64,000 nt of DNA, taken from NCBI GenBank assembly GCA_964057225.1, contig OZ059898.1:4154001-4218000 (forward strand), written 5' to 3'. Position 1 is the first letter of the stretch; every line of letters starts with the position of its first letter. The DNA is from Auanema rhodensis. Taxonomy: Eukaryota; Animalia; Nematoda. Position numbers and translations under genes: made by a program. Shown one piece after another: positions 23,238-37,551 of this stretch. The notes beneath the pieces were generated by a model, which ran no database searches, was not told where the DNA came from, and saw only the letters and a list, made by a program, of their open reading frames with translations.

Positions 23238-26200
23238 AATGTTGTTTTAAAGATTGAGATTAATTGGATGATAATTTATATCAAATTAGGTTAAATGTTA
23301 GCTTTGAGAAGAATTTATTAAGAAAATAGTTTTCAAGTAATTGTTTCAAAGAAAAAGCAATGTTTGTTAATATTATAGTCTTATTCTAAAATTTAATTAA
23401 TATTTTGAAGTATTAAATGATATTTTAAAAAACAAATTATCATTAGAAACTTTTTACTTCCGATTATATACTTATAATAAAAATGATTTTCAAACAATAC
23501 GCCTTAATTAAGCTTGAATCATTCTTTTAGAAACGTGACAACGTTCGGGAGTCAAAAAGATTTATGATTGCTGATCATTATCTTTCAGAAGCAGAAATGA
23601 AACAGAAAAAGAGAGGGAAGAAAGATGCATAGAACTAGAGAGATAGAGAGCAAAAGAGTGTGATTGGAAAAGGAGAGAACACAGTTGAATTTGCGTACTG
23701 AGATTCGTGAAAAGAAAAAAAATGATAATTGCATATAATATATCATCATTTAGCATGCGGTTGAAAAACTATTTTATTTATTATCTTTTTTTTTAATTAT
23801 TTGTGTTTCTATATAACCAATCAAGTAATTTTTGTTTATATAAAATTGCATAAAGCAATCTGTTTCGTGTCAAGACTGTCTAAGTTGGAGATAAGAGTTG
23901 AGGCAGTGAGGATTACAAGTTTATCTGCCACTCGTGCGGCGCCTTTGGCGGGTGAGATGAAAGACTTGCAACTCGTCCAGCCGATCCATTTCCAGTCGAG
24001 ACTATCTTGCCTTTGGCTCTCTGTTCTACTGTTTTCCCTCCCTCCTTCCTCCATCTCTATCTCTTCATCGTTTCGCTCTCTTGTGTTCTAGCTCACTCTT
24101 ACTCTCATCTACTCTTGCCTTATCTCATATCCTTTTTCTCGAACTAAGGAAAGATGGAGAGTGAGAGAAGCCATCGGCTGCGAGGGAGTTCATCATCAAT
24201 CACAAGACATACACTTCACGTCGTCCACCACATACACACATACACACTTTCAGTTATTAGGATGAGCAAATGGAAGAGGGTTGAAAAAAATAAAAGAGAG
24301 ACACATGTAGAGAACATAGCTGATAAAGAGCAGTTTGTAAATCAGAGAAATTGAGGAATGAGAAAAAGAGCAGAGAAGTTGAGAAGACAAAAGGCCAGAA
24401 AGGGAGGAAGAACAGCTTGAAAAAGGGGGAAATTAACAACTAATAGATTGATAGAGTGATTAACAGAGGGAGCAGTAAAGACAACAAATAAGAGAAATTC
24501 AGTAGAGCAACAAAAGGAATAGAGGAAAAAGAGACACAGAAGAAGGAAAAGGGAGGGGGGAAATGGAAAATATCTGCACGTGCTTCTGAAACATGATAAT
24601 ACAGAAAGAATTAGTTTAGGGAGATATATATATAAAGAGAAAGATAGAGCAAGAGAAAGATGGGGACGCTGCTCAAGAAAGAGGTTGAATACAAAAAATA
24701 ATTATGATGTTTCTTAACTACAATATATGGCGCAGTCTGTTCGCTATAATTACGGTATCACAGTGATATTGAATTCAAGAATTCAAAGTCATGTGAAAAG
24801 GTCAATTTCATTTTTGAGTAATCGCTGGTTAGATGGGAGTAATATTTTGAAAATGATAAGTTTGATATATTACATGATTTCTAATATTAATGATGAAGCT
24901 CATTGATTTCACTGAAATATGAAGTCAATTTCAAAAAAGGATGATATTCAGATAACAGGATGAATATTTTGTGTAAAATTGATGGACTAGGAATTATTTG
25001 AGAATAATTATTTTGCAGTTCACAAAAAAAAATTAATGATTTTAACAGAAGAAAAATATCAAGCAAAAGTAAAACTAGACGGGAAACTAGAAGCAGTTCG
25101 CGTTGACGCCATCAGTCTTATTTCCCTTCTCTCATACACACGCATACTCTATTATTGCTTTTCATTCTATAGATCTCTTTCAATCTCTCTCTCTCTTTCT
25201 ATCTCTCTCTCTTTCTTTCTTTCTCTCTCTTTCTCAATCTCTCTTTCTCTCTTCTTGTTCTTTCGGTCTTTATTACTGTAACGAAAAGAAACAATTGGAA
25301 AATTTTGAATGGTTTTCGATATTCTCTTAATATATCATTATATCAAATAATGTTTAAAATTTTAAAAAAACAATATAATTCTCATTCAAAAACGGCTTTT
25401 ACTTTTGTGGAAGAATGGAAAATAATCATGAGAGAATTGAAAATGAGCAAGGTTTCGTTCAACGAATTCTGAATCCTAAATGACTTAAGGATATTGATAG
25501 TTGTCTGGCATGAAAGGTGCATTATTTAAAGAGCATTCAAAATAATTTGCAAGACATACTTGTTTGTTTGTATCATTCAAAAATAAAAAAAACGATTTTA
25601 AAACATAACATTGCAGATAATCGTTTATATAATCAGCTATGAAACTTAATTTTATTAAATTAATAAGTGGAGTTATCTGAATAGTTAAATAGTTTATCTA
25701 ATACTTTATAAAACTAATAAGTTGTTTATAAAAATAATAAATGTAAAAGATTATAAGTTGGATGCTGTTATAGATGTATATCACTATTGACAAGTTATGG
25801 CCACATAAATTGTCTCCTGTAATATCGGATGGCCTTTTTGACACCTAATCGTCAACAAAACGGTTTGTTATCATTTGTTATTTTGTATAATAGTATTTAT
25901 CTGATTAATTAGATATTTTTCTGAAGATAAATCAAAAATACTTATTTTTACCCTAAGTTTAAAAGAACTTTAATGAGATAGAGAATAATTCTTAGCTTTG
26001 ATTTGGATAATTATATTCTTCAAAGCCTAAAATTCATTTTTAAAATTAGTGTTTTAACTACATAATATAAATATAAATATATATAGGTGTTTATATATAT
26101 TTCTTTGAACATAGAATGTGAATTTTCTTCGAATGATGGCCCGGTCTTCTAGGGTTTTGCGTCGGTGAGGATTACGGTAACATCGACTTAAGACATGTGT

Positions 26201-28960
26201 TTCAGCTATTTATGGTTACATGAAGTATAATAATAATCGATTTAAAAGTTGGTTCCAGAATATATTTTTAAAGATAAATTCTTTTATAAAATATTTTCTT
26301 TTCTTTGATGTCTTTACAATCATAGAAAATTATAAGAAAAAGTAAAGAAAAGAAAGAAAAATTGAACAGTATCTGTTCATATTTGTCTATTACAGATAAA
26401 ATATTATAAATGAATCATTAAAAGTATAATATGATAATTTGTAAAAAATAACTATTGGTGAACGAAATGCTTACTAGAGCTGGTTGTGTCTGCCTGTTTA
26501 GCTGGCGATCGCCAGCTGTGTTCAGCTCCGCCCTGTGAGACTTCTCTTTCCAATAAACTTTCCCGAATTTCATCTAACGAAAATAAGGAAAATATGTAGA
26601 AAACGATGATAAAAAGATCTTTTACAAGATAATAGCTTGAAATACAAGAAACATATCCTTTTTAAATGTTGTGCTTCACATGCTTAAAGTTTTATAACTT
26701 ATAATTGTTTTTATAAATAACCAAAAAAGTTTAAGCTCTTTGTAAACAAAAGTATATGAAAAACTGATTCTGTCTAAGAAAATTTTAGTTTGATAAAGAA
26801 TATAGGATTAGGAAGTACACAATGTATATACTGTATATTCTAAACATTCGTATATTATTCAAATAAGCTACCGTATTGAAGAATTAAAATGGAAATAGAA
26901 TAGACGTCATCTGGTCGATGAAAGCGGTCAGTATACGTAGTTGACGACATGGAAGGAAGACAGGAGAAGAGGATAGAAGACCCTTTATTAATGACTACAA
27001 TCGATCAGATGAGACAGAATGATTTTGCTAATGATTTTGGATAGAGAATGTTAATGAAAAATTAAAAAAATCTTCAGATTTTGGGAAATTGTTGTGAATT
27101 AAAAACCTTTATTTAAAAAAAATATTGATTTTGTGAAATCCGGATACTTCATACTATTCATTTTAAGAACTTTTTTAATGTTTATTTTTAAGAAAAAGTA
27201 GATATTATGTATAAATATGTAGGTAGATAGATAAGTACGTGTGTGATGTAAGTGGTGTTTCAAACTTTTTGTAAAAGATACGGTAATGATTGATGAATGA
27301 AATGAAAATTATTTTTATATTAAGATATGGATGTTGCATCTGTATGAGAAATCAACTTCTGAACAAAAGAAAAATCTTGTAATATCTAAAAAGGCGAATT
27401 GATATGATGAAATGAAGAAGTATAATTCATAAGTACAGATATCAATAAAGTTTAGTTTAATATTATATTATAATAATAGTTACTGTTTATGAATTAGAAT
27501 TAATAATATATATCAAATAAATTTTAATTTTCTTCTTTTTTTTCAAGCAATTTCACATAAAAAAAAAGGAAAATCAATTAAATTATCTTACTACTAATTT
27601 AATTCTAATAATTTAAAATAAATAGTTTATTAAAATAAAAAATATGAACAAATTTAGTTAGCAGTAATTTTCTTCACGTTATTATTAATGATCAAGCGAT
27701 AGTACCTACAACGTGAGGGTTACTGTAGGTCATGTGTGATTGATGGCTAATACTATCTAATGGCAATTCGTAGAGAAAGGAAACAGGAAAAAATTTGCTT
27801 GAAATGTTCAAATCCGAATAAAATAAAAATTTAAAAATACCTGCAGTAGTGTAATTCAAATAAATTAAGAAGAATATATCATTGATATATAAAAGATTAT
27901 TCAATATTATTTAATACGTTGCAGATATATATATATATATATATAATATACTAAGCAAGAATATATTTTTTTTTTGAATTTATATTCGAAATAACTTTAG
28001 GAATTTTAAAAAAATAATTTAATTAATGTATATAAATACATATATACATTATATTTCTATAAAAGTCGCACAACATATTTGTTCAACAAAAGTTCAATAA
28101 AGTAGCTTTATTATTCAGTACAAATGAAGGAAATATAAGATGTCCTTCGCCGGCCATCAGATGACAACAGAAGACAACACAGTTGATGGACGGATGAATA
28201 CAGGATACATTTGCATTACAAAGAGTTCTGGAAGAGCTTCATCCAGTTAGCTCCTTTTAGTTATTGAAAATTTAAGCAAATCATTCCCTCACAGAGGAGG
28301 CGTCAAGTTGAAAAGTGTTCGATAATGGAAGTTTCACACAGAGAAGACGTCAACTTATTGACTTACAGTTTTCTATTTAAGCCAGTTTACGCCAACAAGA
28401 ATCCCATAGGAAATGGGTTAATAATACATTTTGGTCAGTGCCTAAACTTAGAGTAATGTTTTTAAAAGATCAATTGTTAAGAAACAAGTTTAATATACAT
28501 TTGTCTGTTCTATTTTTAAACTGAATTTAGCTAGATTTATATAAAAATGTTATATAATTAATTATTCACATTAAATATTAAACAATTGGATGAACTTATA
28601 ATTTTTCTAATAAGAGTGTTTATTGTATATCTTAATCTAAGAAATATATAATTTTACATGAAATAATATCAATGTTTTCTTAATTTCTTAAATTTTTTCT
28701 AAATACTTTTTTTCGATTTTGCAAAACCGATTTTGTGGTTTTTAATTATTTTAAAAATTCTTTTTTTGAGCAAAATAAACAAATAGAAAAAATTGTTTTA
28801 TGGTGGTTATGAAAACTGCTTGCTATTGTCAATGGTATTACCATACCACCAGGAATATATATTGTCGTTACAGTAGCCAAATGTACGCAATACGGGTTGG
28901 TTTTAAATTCTTAATTCTTGGAACAGTATCAGCATTTTTAAACTTTTTATTGTATAAGGA

Positions 28961-31342
28961 ATGTGTGAGTTTACGTAATTAATATTATGAATAATTGGTT
29001 TCTGCTCAGACTTTAATGAAAATAAGCAGCGCCCTGTTGGGGAACGATTGGATTTCCGCAAATTACAAAAAAAAATTCATAAAAGTATTGAGCAATTGAA
29101 GAAACATGACCCCGAAGTTGAAATTTCAGCTTCTCCAACTCATGTAAGCATAAAGATATACAAACATTATTGAAATAAAATTTTAGATTCTTCTGGTAAG
29201 TAATAGCAGTGTTCTTTGCGATGTTTCTCCTGAAGAACTTGAAGATATTTTCTCGGAATTTGATTTAAATGCTCAATACGTAGTATATCCTAATAAACGG
29301 CATAGCTTCAAAATCAGTTCATTTAAATTATTTTTTGATTCAGATCATATTCGTTTGTTTCATTTTCTTGTATTGAACTTGCCGTTGAAGCTCGTGAAAA
29401 TTTAAACGGATGGGTGCATCCCAAGCTAAAGAAGTCACATCAACCTTTTGTTATAAGTTTTGTAGCCAATTGTTAATTTATATTTTTATATTTTGAAATA
29501 TAATTTTGTTTTAGTACCGAAAAAACAGAAAGAGGAATGCAATAATGTTCCGAATGATTTGAAAATAATCAACGACTATATTGATGAAGACCTAGAAAAA
29601 GAGATTTCAATTCTTTTATTAAATCATCCGCATAGTAGGTGTTTTTGTTGAAAACTGGATATGCCGGAAGCTATATTATTAAAATTTTAGATTCATCTCT
29701 GAAACATAGGAGAGTTATTCATTTTGAACACAATTTTGATTACGGGACAAATGCTGGCACAACTCCTGCAGAAGAAGCCCCACCTGTTATTAAAAAATTT
29801 GTAAAACGATTAGTTGATGAAGGTATTACTAAAGAATATCCTGACCAGGTATGTATAATGAATGAAAAAAGGAAAATTTGTGTTGTTGTAGATCACTGCT
29901 AACATTTATGAAGCAGGACAAGGAATACCTTCTCACTATGATACACATTCCGCGTTCAATGATCCTATTATTTCACTAAGGTACCGCTGTTGTTTTTTTC
30001 TATTTTTAGTATTTTTTCAGCTTATGTTCCGATGTTGTTATGGATTTCAAAGATGGTGCTAATTCTGCTAGAATATCGCCAGTTCTATTGAAAAGAAGAT
30101 CTTTGTGTTTGATTCAAGGAGAATCCAGATATAGGTGGAAGCATGGGTTTGTTTTATTTTGAATAACTATTTTTTTTTTAAATTTTAGAATAGTTAATCG
30201 TAGTTATGATATTGATCCAACATCAAATAAAATGATGAAACGTCAACTTAGGATGTCTTTGACGTTTCGTAAAATACGGAATGAGCCGTGCCAATGTAAT
30301 TATAAAGAGTTTTGCGACTGGGATCGCAAAGGTTTTCTTACTAACATTCTTCAGTAACTTAAATTTTTTCTTTAGGAGAAATGAGCATTCCAAGTTCCGA
30401 GGGTGCTGCTAAGAAATTAGAAGATAGCTATGTGAGCGATGTGTACGAGAAAATATCTTCGCATTTCGATGAAACCCGTCATTCCAATTGGAGGGCCGTG
30501 AAAAAGTAATTTTTATTGTTTGAGATAATAAGCGTTATTTAGAAAATATTTAGATTCATTGATTCTCTGCCTGATTTTTCGGTTATGTATGATGTAGGTT
30601 GCGGTAATGGAAAATATTTGATTACTAAAGACAAATTGATTAAAGTTGAACGAACATAATATTTAATTTTTAAAATATTATTTTCAGATAGGATGTGACT
30701 ATTGTAACGGATTATGCTCTATAGCGTTTAAAAAGGTAAAAACCTTTTAACGTTATATTTAAAAAACTTCAAACACCCTTAGGACTGTCATGTTTTTCGT
30801 GCTGATGGATTACGTTTACCATTTAAAGAAGGAGCAGATGCTGTAATATCGATTGCAGTTCTTCATCATATGTCATCTTTCGAACGAAGGCAAAGGTTTA
30901 TCAGTGAGATTTTGCGAGTATTGAAGCCAGGAGGACGGGCTTGTGTTACTGTATGGTCCATGGACCAAACAGACTCAGAGTATGCCAAAATGAGGAACAA
31001 CAAAGTTTATTGACGTGCTATTACCAATGAAACTTTTGAGCTTTAGGACGATGATCAGGAGCTTGAAAGTGTTCAAGCGGAACGTCTGAAAATTCACGAT
31101 GGAAAGAATTTTGCCCAACAAGATGTTTTAGTTCCATGGACAATCGATGCTCAAAATGAAACGTTTTTAAGGTTTTTTGCCATTGTTAAATGTAGTTAAA
31201 GTAGAGTGATTTTTCAAGGTTTTACCACGTATTCCGACCTGGTGAAATGGAGGATTTATTGAATTCTGTTGGATGTTGTCAGTTAGAGAGTATTGAGAAA
31301 GAACAAGGCAATTACATAGCTGTATTTCAAAAAACAATGTGA
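28961..31342 (+). CDS. alkb-8: ALKBH8 tRNA wobble-uridine methyltransferase/dioxygenase
   Basis: M-Y-F-N-E start via a 4-nt coding exon; RRM (RSYSFVSF); AlkB domain ([35 protein letters not shown]); Zn-binding CQC..FCD; methyltransferase DVGCGNGKY and ISIAVLHH; TGA at 31340-31342. Confidence 0.95.
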
Positions 31343-32298
31343 AGTTTGTCTTCTTGTATTCGTTTGAGCCATTTCAATATAGCTTTGTTATATTTCCTGT
31401 TGATTTTTATTTGTTGGGAGATGTTGTTAGCTTAGTATAAACATTTTTTTTTGAAATATTTTATCTGTTTAAAATGTCTTTGGTGTCGTTATTGTTAGTT
31501 TCTGCTGGAGATCAATTGGCTTTTTCATTTTTAAACTTAAATATTATATTATCTCTCTTATATGTCTTTCAATCTTGATCTTAATGTGTTGTATGTGTTT
31601 TTCATATCCCTTGCCAAAGGGATGTTTCTTCATAGATTTAACTAAATGTTTAAATAAGAAAAATTTTTCTTGCATGAAGAAACGGTTGTCGGTGATGTGG
31701 TCGTATGGCTTTGCCTTGAGGCTGGACTGCGGGAAAGAGGGATGATGGATGATATCGGTTGGAAAAAGAATGTCTCTAGACTTTTTCGTTCCCTTAAAAT
31801 ATGTACAAAGTACAAGATGCATAGTTCAGCATGAAACACTTAAAGGATGATCATTGTAAATGTTTATTGTACTGCATGACATCAGGAATTTGTAGCTCAT
31901 TTTGGTTTTTTAAAATAGTTTTTTCTTTTTTTTTCTCATTTAATGTCTTGCTCTCTTTTATGTATTGAAATCTTCAATATGATGGAGTATGATTTGCATT
32001 TAAATAAAAAAAAACGATTGTCTAAAGGAATATCTTATGGGCAATAATTATATTGAGATTCAACTTATATAAAAAGTGTTTGAACAAAGTACCTTAAATT
32101 CGTTTTTTTTCTCTGTGTGCTTTAGGGTATAAACAATAGTTTGCCTTTCTAACTCCACAATTTAAGCTAAAAAAATTTATGAATAAGATGATTTATTGAA
32201 TTTTTTTATAATGGCTGTTATATATTGGGTTTATATGTGAATAGAGTATTGGATGTGTTCTTTTTAAATGCAAAGTTGAAGCAAAAGTATATAAATAA

Positions 32299-32339
<41 letters not shown>

Positions 32340-32495
32340 CTGAAAGTTTAATTCCAAATGTAAAATATGATTGAGTATATGAATTTGGATATTTGGAAAG
32401 TGGCTATTGGTGAATGACTGAAATGCCCTCAAGGATCGACATGCCACTGTGATTGGATTCCTAGAAAGAAATTGCGAAATATCACACAGTATTGT

Positions 32496-32501
<6 letters not shown>

Positions 32502-32565
<64 letters not shown>
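32502..32565. repeat. (TA)n microsatellite
   Basis: Direct reading. Further (TA)n tracts at about 32302, 36757 and 44275. Confidence 0.95.
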
Positions 32566-32569
<4 letters not shown>

Positions 32570-33649
32570 GTATAAAAGAATAATAAACTCATAGAATGAG
32601 AGGTAGTTGTTAAGTTCTTCCTTCTATATTTATTAGAAATTTTGTTTCTATTACTCATATCATATTCTATTTTCAAGAAAATATTGCTCCATTTCAACTT
32701 TACTAGTTGTTCTAAAGAATATGAAAACTGAAAATTTAACAAAAAAAATCATGTTCAACGAATCAGTTGGATGATAATCAACTTGAAGAAATAAAAATGA
32801 AAAGTATTTACATGAATTGACGTTCGAAGAAATGTTTTCCCATAATTCTAATTAATATGTTACCTTTATTATATTTATTATTAGGATGAAATAATCATTT
32901 ATTTGAAATATGATGTGCTAGTTCTCATATACCCATAGAACGTCTTACATTAGTTTTATTCAACTATGAAAATATGAGCAGCAAATGAAAAGAAATATGT
33001 GATGAAATATTTCCTACCCTGAGGCGTCTCATTGAGTTGGAGTTGCCATTCTGAATGATTCAGATGCTCTAGTCATTTTTAGTCTATAGCATATTTTTAT
33101 ACTAGCATTAATAGTTCTCATATAAAAAATGCTCTATTTCACGTTCAAATGAAGAAGAAATAGAAACAGATCTGATAGATCTTACTGATGAAACCAAATG
33201 CTTTTCGAATAAAGTGTGAGTAGTTTTCCCATAGTATTGTGTCTGTTCTTGCTTTCATTTTTAACAAAAAGCTTCAGTATTTTTTCTTATTGCTTCTACA
33301 ACAACTACTACTACTTCTGGTTTCGCTTCTAGTTTTACATCTGGCTCTTGGGCTCTCGTTGCGATATTGGTTTCATTTTTTTCTTACTATTTTCGTTTCC
33401 TTTATGCCCTTTTCCGCATTTTTTTATCTTATTCAATATAATTTTTTAATATCTTCGAGTAAGTTCATAAATACAATTATTTGTATTTAAATGAATTTTT
33501 AATTTTCAATAAAAACTTTCCAAGAAATTTATTTTTGTTCATTGCCGTATTAATATATTTAATGGTATTGCTATAAAAAACTGTAACCGTTACTTCTAAT
33601 GCAGCTCTTTTTTCATTGAAAAACTGAAAGCGGAGCAAGTATTGAAAGA

Positions 33650-34283
33650 TCGACACTGGAATAGAGGAGGAGAGAAAAAAAGGAAAAGATGAAAAGAATG
33701 GACTGATATACTGCCAGTAGGGGAGTCTGCATGCTGGCTAGTTGGATGGCTTGCTTGTCTGTGTTGTCGGCAGTCAGCGGCTCAAACCGAAATAGCAGAA
33801 AGACGGCGCTTGAGAGGTAGAGGAATAGATTAACTGAAAGCTAGCAATGCGAGAAGAAAGAATGAAAGAAAGAAAGAAAGAAAGAAAGAAAGGAGAGGAA
33901 AGGAGGAAGAGAGAAATAGAGAGGGAGATAGTAAGAGAGAGAGAAAGAGAGAGGGGGAAGGATAAGGAAAAGAGAACAAGCCATAGACGGGAAGACAGAG
34001 GGGGATGAGAGACGCTATAGACATAGATGGATATGAAGCCATGAGAGAGATGACAGAAGTATACTGCTAGTAGCTGTGTATGAGAGAAAAAGAAAACGAA
34101 TTGAGGAAAGGCTTATAGACAAAATAGAGACAAGAGGGTGAGTAGGATGACAGAAATAAGAGGAGAGAGCATATATATGGAAGGAGGGTTCCGATGAGAG
34201 CTTAAGCTTGTGTGGTTCGTCTTTGCCGTGGGGAGAGTATGGGCGTGGTCTTCAGGCGTGGCCGGAATCGATGTTCTTCTGGC

Positions 34284-34314
<31 letters not shown>

Positions 34315-34480
34315 ATTTATGTGTATGTATATATGTATGTATGTCTCTTCTTTCCCTTTTTCCTTTAAAAGCCTGAGCTGACCATCGTTGTCATTGCCAT
34401 CGTCATCGTTATCGTTTGCCGAAGGCTATTTATTCGTTGTTCACAGTCAAAAAACGACGATTCTGGATCCGGCATATCTA
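33650..34480 (+). promoter_or_regulatory. Probable rimb-1 promoter region
   Basis: Long GA-rich tract, then GGGCGTGG and GGCGTGG boxes (34241-34262), ATCGAT (34267) and (TG)n, upstream of the first rimb-1 coding exon. Confidence 0.45.
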
Positions 34481-35162
34481 AATTTTCTTTGCTTTGTGTG
34501 GTCTTAACTGCAGAATAATGTATATATTTTAAAATTTTATTTGCCTTTTTATGAATATCTTATTACTATTTTACGTATTACAAACGTATTCAGTTCTTTT
34601 CGTCATATACACATAACTCGCATTTTTAATAACGAATCATCAATTTTTTAAAATTAGTTGTAATATAAATGGAATATATGTATATATTTAGGCAAAACTT
34701 AATAGGATCTCAATACGTTCAGGGTTGAGGACGTATTCAGAAGCCTCCACTGCTCCATAATATTGCAAGAAACTATTATCTGAAGATAATTATTCAACGT
34801 TCTGCTATATATTCTGTATTCCTTTCCATATAGGTCTTAACTAGTAGTTCAAAATACTAATATTACTAAATTATTTAACTACATTCTAAACTAGGACCAA
34901 TTCTAACAGAACAGCTAATTATCACTGTTGTTTCGACGTCTAGCGTCATACCATATAGAATCCATAATCTACGTGCTGTTTCTACTTCGTCATCAAGTGC
35001 TGATTAGCCAAAGCAGCAGCAGCAGTCATTGACGCTGAAGCTGCTCGTGCTGGAATGGTTATCATCTAGCCGAGCTTTGTCTCTAGCGCCCTTCTTACAG
35101 TTAATTAACATACAGTGCGACTGTGGGAGAGAGTAACAATCATCTCATTCCCGTTGCATCTT

Positions 35163-36750
35163 ATGTCTGCCGTTCAAACAACATCAGCGGCTGCTGGACC
35201 ATTTAGTGGCATTGGTGGGGCAAGCAACAGTTTGCATCAACTGCCTACAACTTCATCTGGACTCTGCGGCGATAATGGGATAGGCATCAATGGAACCCTT
35301 GGAACTATCAATAGCAATAGCGCCAGGTTTCCACTGCCCAACGACCAATTGCTTCTCAGTTTACGTCAACGTCCTCACTGTCGTGTTTTTCGAGCATTAT
35401 TTCAATATCTACCGTTACGTGACTCACCAAACGAAAATCCTCAACTAGAGCTTGCCTTAGCACCCGGCGATGTCATATTGGTTAAAGGAGAAATGGATTC
35501 TGATGGATTCTTCCGTGGAGAGACATTAGACGGTCGGGTTGGCCTAGTGCCATCTAATTACGTTGAAAGGTATGTTACACAGTTTTTTGTTTTTTTAAGC
35601 AACTCCTATTAACTTTCTCGTTCTGTCTTTTGTTTTATCTTCTTATGTTAAGCTTGTTGTCATTGTTTTTTGGTGACACAAGATATAATATTTTTCTGAC
35701 ATTTATCCTATCAATTCGCAGCATTTTACTTTTAGCTCATTTATATCCATATCGATGTTGTTTTTGGTTGCTTGTTTTTTCTTGAGCTCAATTTTTATCC
35801 ATGTATATTGCTTTGTTCTTGCTTTTGGAATTACTTTTAACGTAAAAATCATTTGTTTACATATCAATATATGTGACAGATGTATTTAAGTTTTAATAAC
35901 TTAAAGAACTCAAGTAACGTTAACATCAACTTGATGAAAAGGAAAAAAAATTGAAAAATTAAAGTGAAAAATTTTACAAAAACTAAAGCTTGAAAGATAA
36001 AGTAACGATCAGTGATTTTAGAGAAGAGCATACAGAGAGATATTTAGAGGGGAAAATATATGAGAGGAACAGTGAAATATGTAAGGAAACAAAGAGAAAG
36101 AGAGAAAGAGAGAGATAAAAGCTAATGACCATTACCTTTTACAAACCTATAATGAGGACGCAACCATAGAATAAAAGAATAAAGAGAGATAGTGATGTCA
36201 GAGAAAAAAATGGAGAGGGAGACTCAAGAAAACAGAGGGGGGAATGAGAGGCCTAACAACTAGGCATTCGGGCCACTCACTAATGCATTGTAAATGTCGT
36301 AAGTCAGGCTGAAATATATTTAGAAAATTGCTAATCAAGGAGCTGGAGCACAGCATTTTCTCTATTCTTTTCTTCTCTGCGTTTTCTAACAACTCTCTCA
36401 TCTGATATACTATCTCAACTCATGGGTACTCTTACACATTCCCTTAAAATATAAACTTACTAGAAAGTGAAATTGTTCACTTTAAGCAATTTTCATATTT
36501 TTCGGTATTTTAAATGAAATGAATTTCAATATAATATTTATAAATTTATTTTTTATTTGAAATATTTTTTACATGTTTCTCTATACTTTATATTTTTTAT
36601 TTCAAACTATTCATTCATATATTAGATACTTTAACATTCTTTTTTCTTTTTTCTTTATTTTAAATTCAAATTTGAAAGAAAAAACATATAATATTGTTTA
36701 AATATATGTTTTCTTTTATTAATCATGTTGCTGTAACATATAACATATAT

Positions 36751-36787
<37 letters not shown>

Positions 36788-37504
36788 TGTAGTCCTCATT
36801 CGGGCGAAAACTTAAGTTTAAGCTTACTATTTTTAAAAAAGTTTATGTTTTCAATATTTTATTTTCCTCTTTTAATACAAAGTTTTTATTTCTGATTCAT
36901 CTTCATCAATGTATTTGGGCACCTGTTGATTCCTATTTGTTTAAAATTTTATTGAAAATGTGCCTAATTAGTAAAGATTAAGCCCAAAAAAGGTTTAGTA
37001 TTGAAAACATCTAAGAAACAGAAAATAAAGAAGAAATACTATTCTAAAAAGAAGATTATGATGAGTATAAGTGTTATTTCCAAGCTGTTTTCTATGTTAC
37101 AGCTATTAGTTTTGGAACCCACCAGGAGCAAATTATGCCTGACTAAAGAGAAAGAAAAAGAAAATGAAAAGAAGAAATGAGTGAGAGAAAGAGGAAGAAA
37201 GAGGAGAAGGGTGGGGGCTGCAGGAGAGTGGGTGTACCAAAAAGGAGAGACTGGCTAGCCATGCAAGAACCCAATAGAGAGCACAAACAACTATTGATTT
37301 ACGCAATGATTGGGGTGGCCTAGAAGTGGAAAAATAGAAATGAAACGAAGAGGGGATGGAATGCAAGAGATAAATGGGATCGAAAAGCACTAATTTTCTC
37401 ACCTCGTATCTTCTTACCATCTAGGTTTTTCTTTTTTTTTATATATTTTAATTAATTCTTAATTATTCTTAACATATGGTTTAATTTTTCTTACTCTTTC
37501 TCTT

Positions 37505-37551
<47 letters not shown>

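Noticed and set aside
26247-26270. TGGTTCCAGAAT (WFQN) as a possible second homeobox (ceh-13)
   Set aside because: It continues IFL rather than RR, and there is no helix 1/2 sequence or suitable exon. The same applies to the WFQN at about 19878.
34890-35140. Coding-looking frames upstream of the rimb-1 ATG as stop-codon read-through
   Set aside because: Interrupted by stops and out of frame with the main ORF; most simply a 5' UTR.
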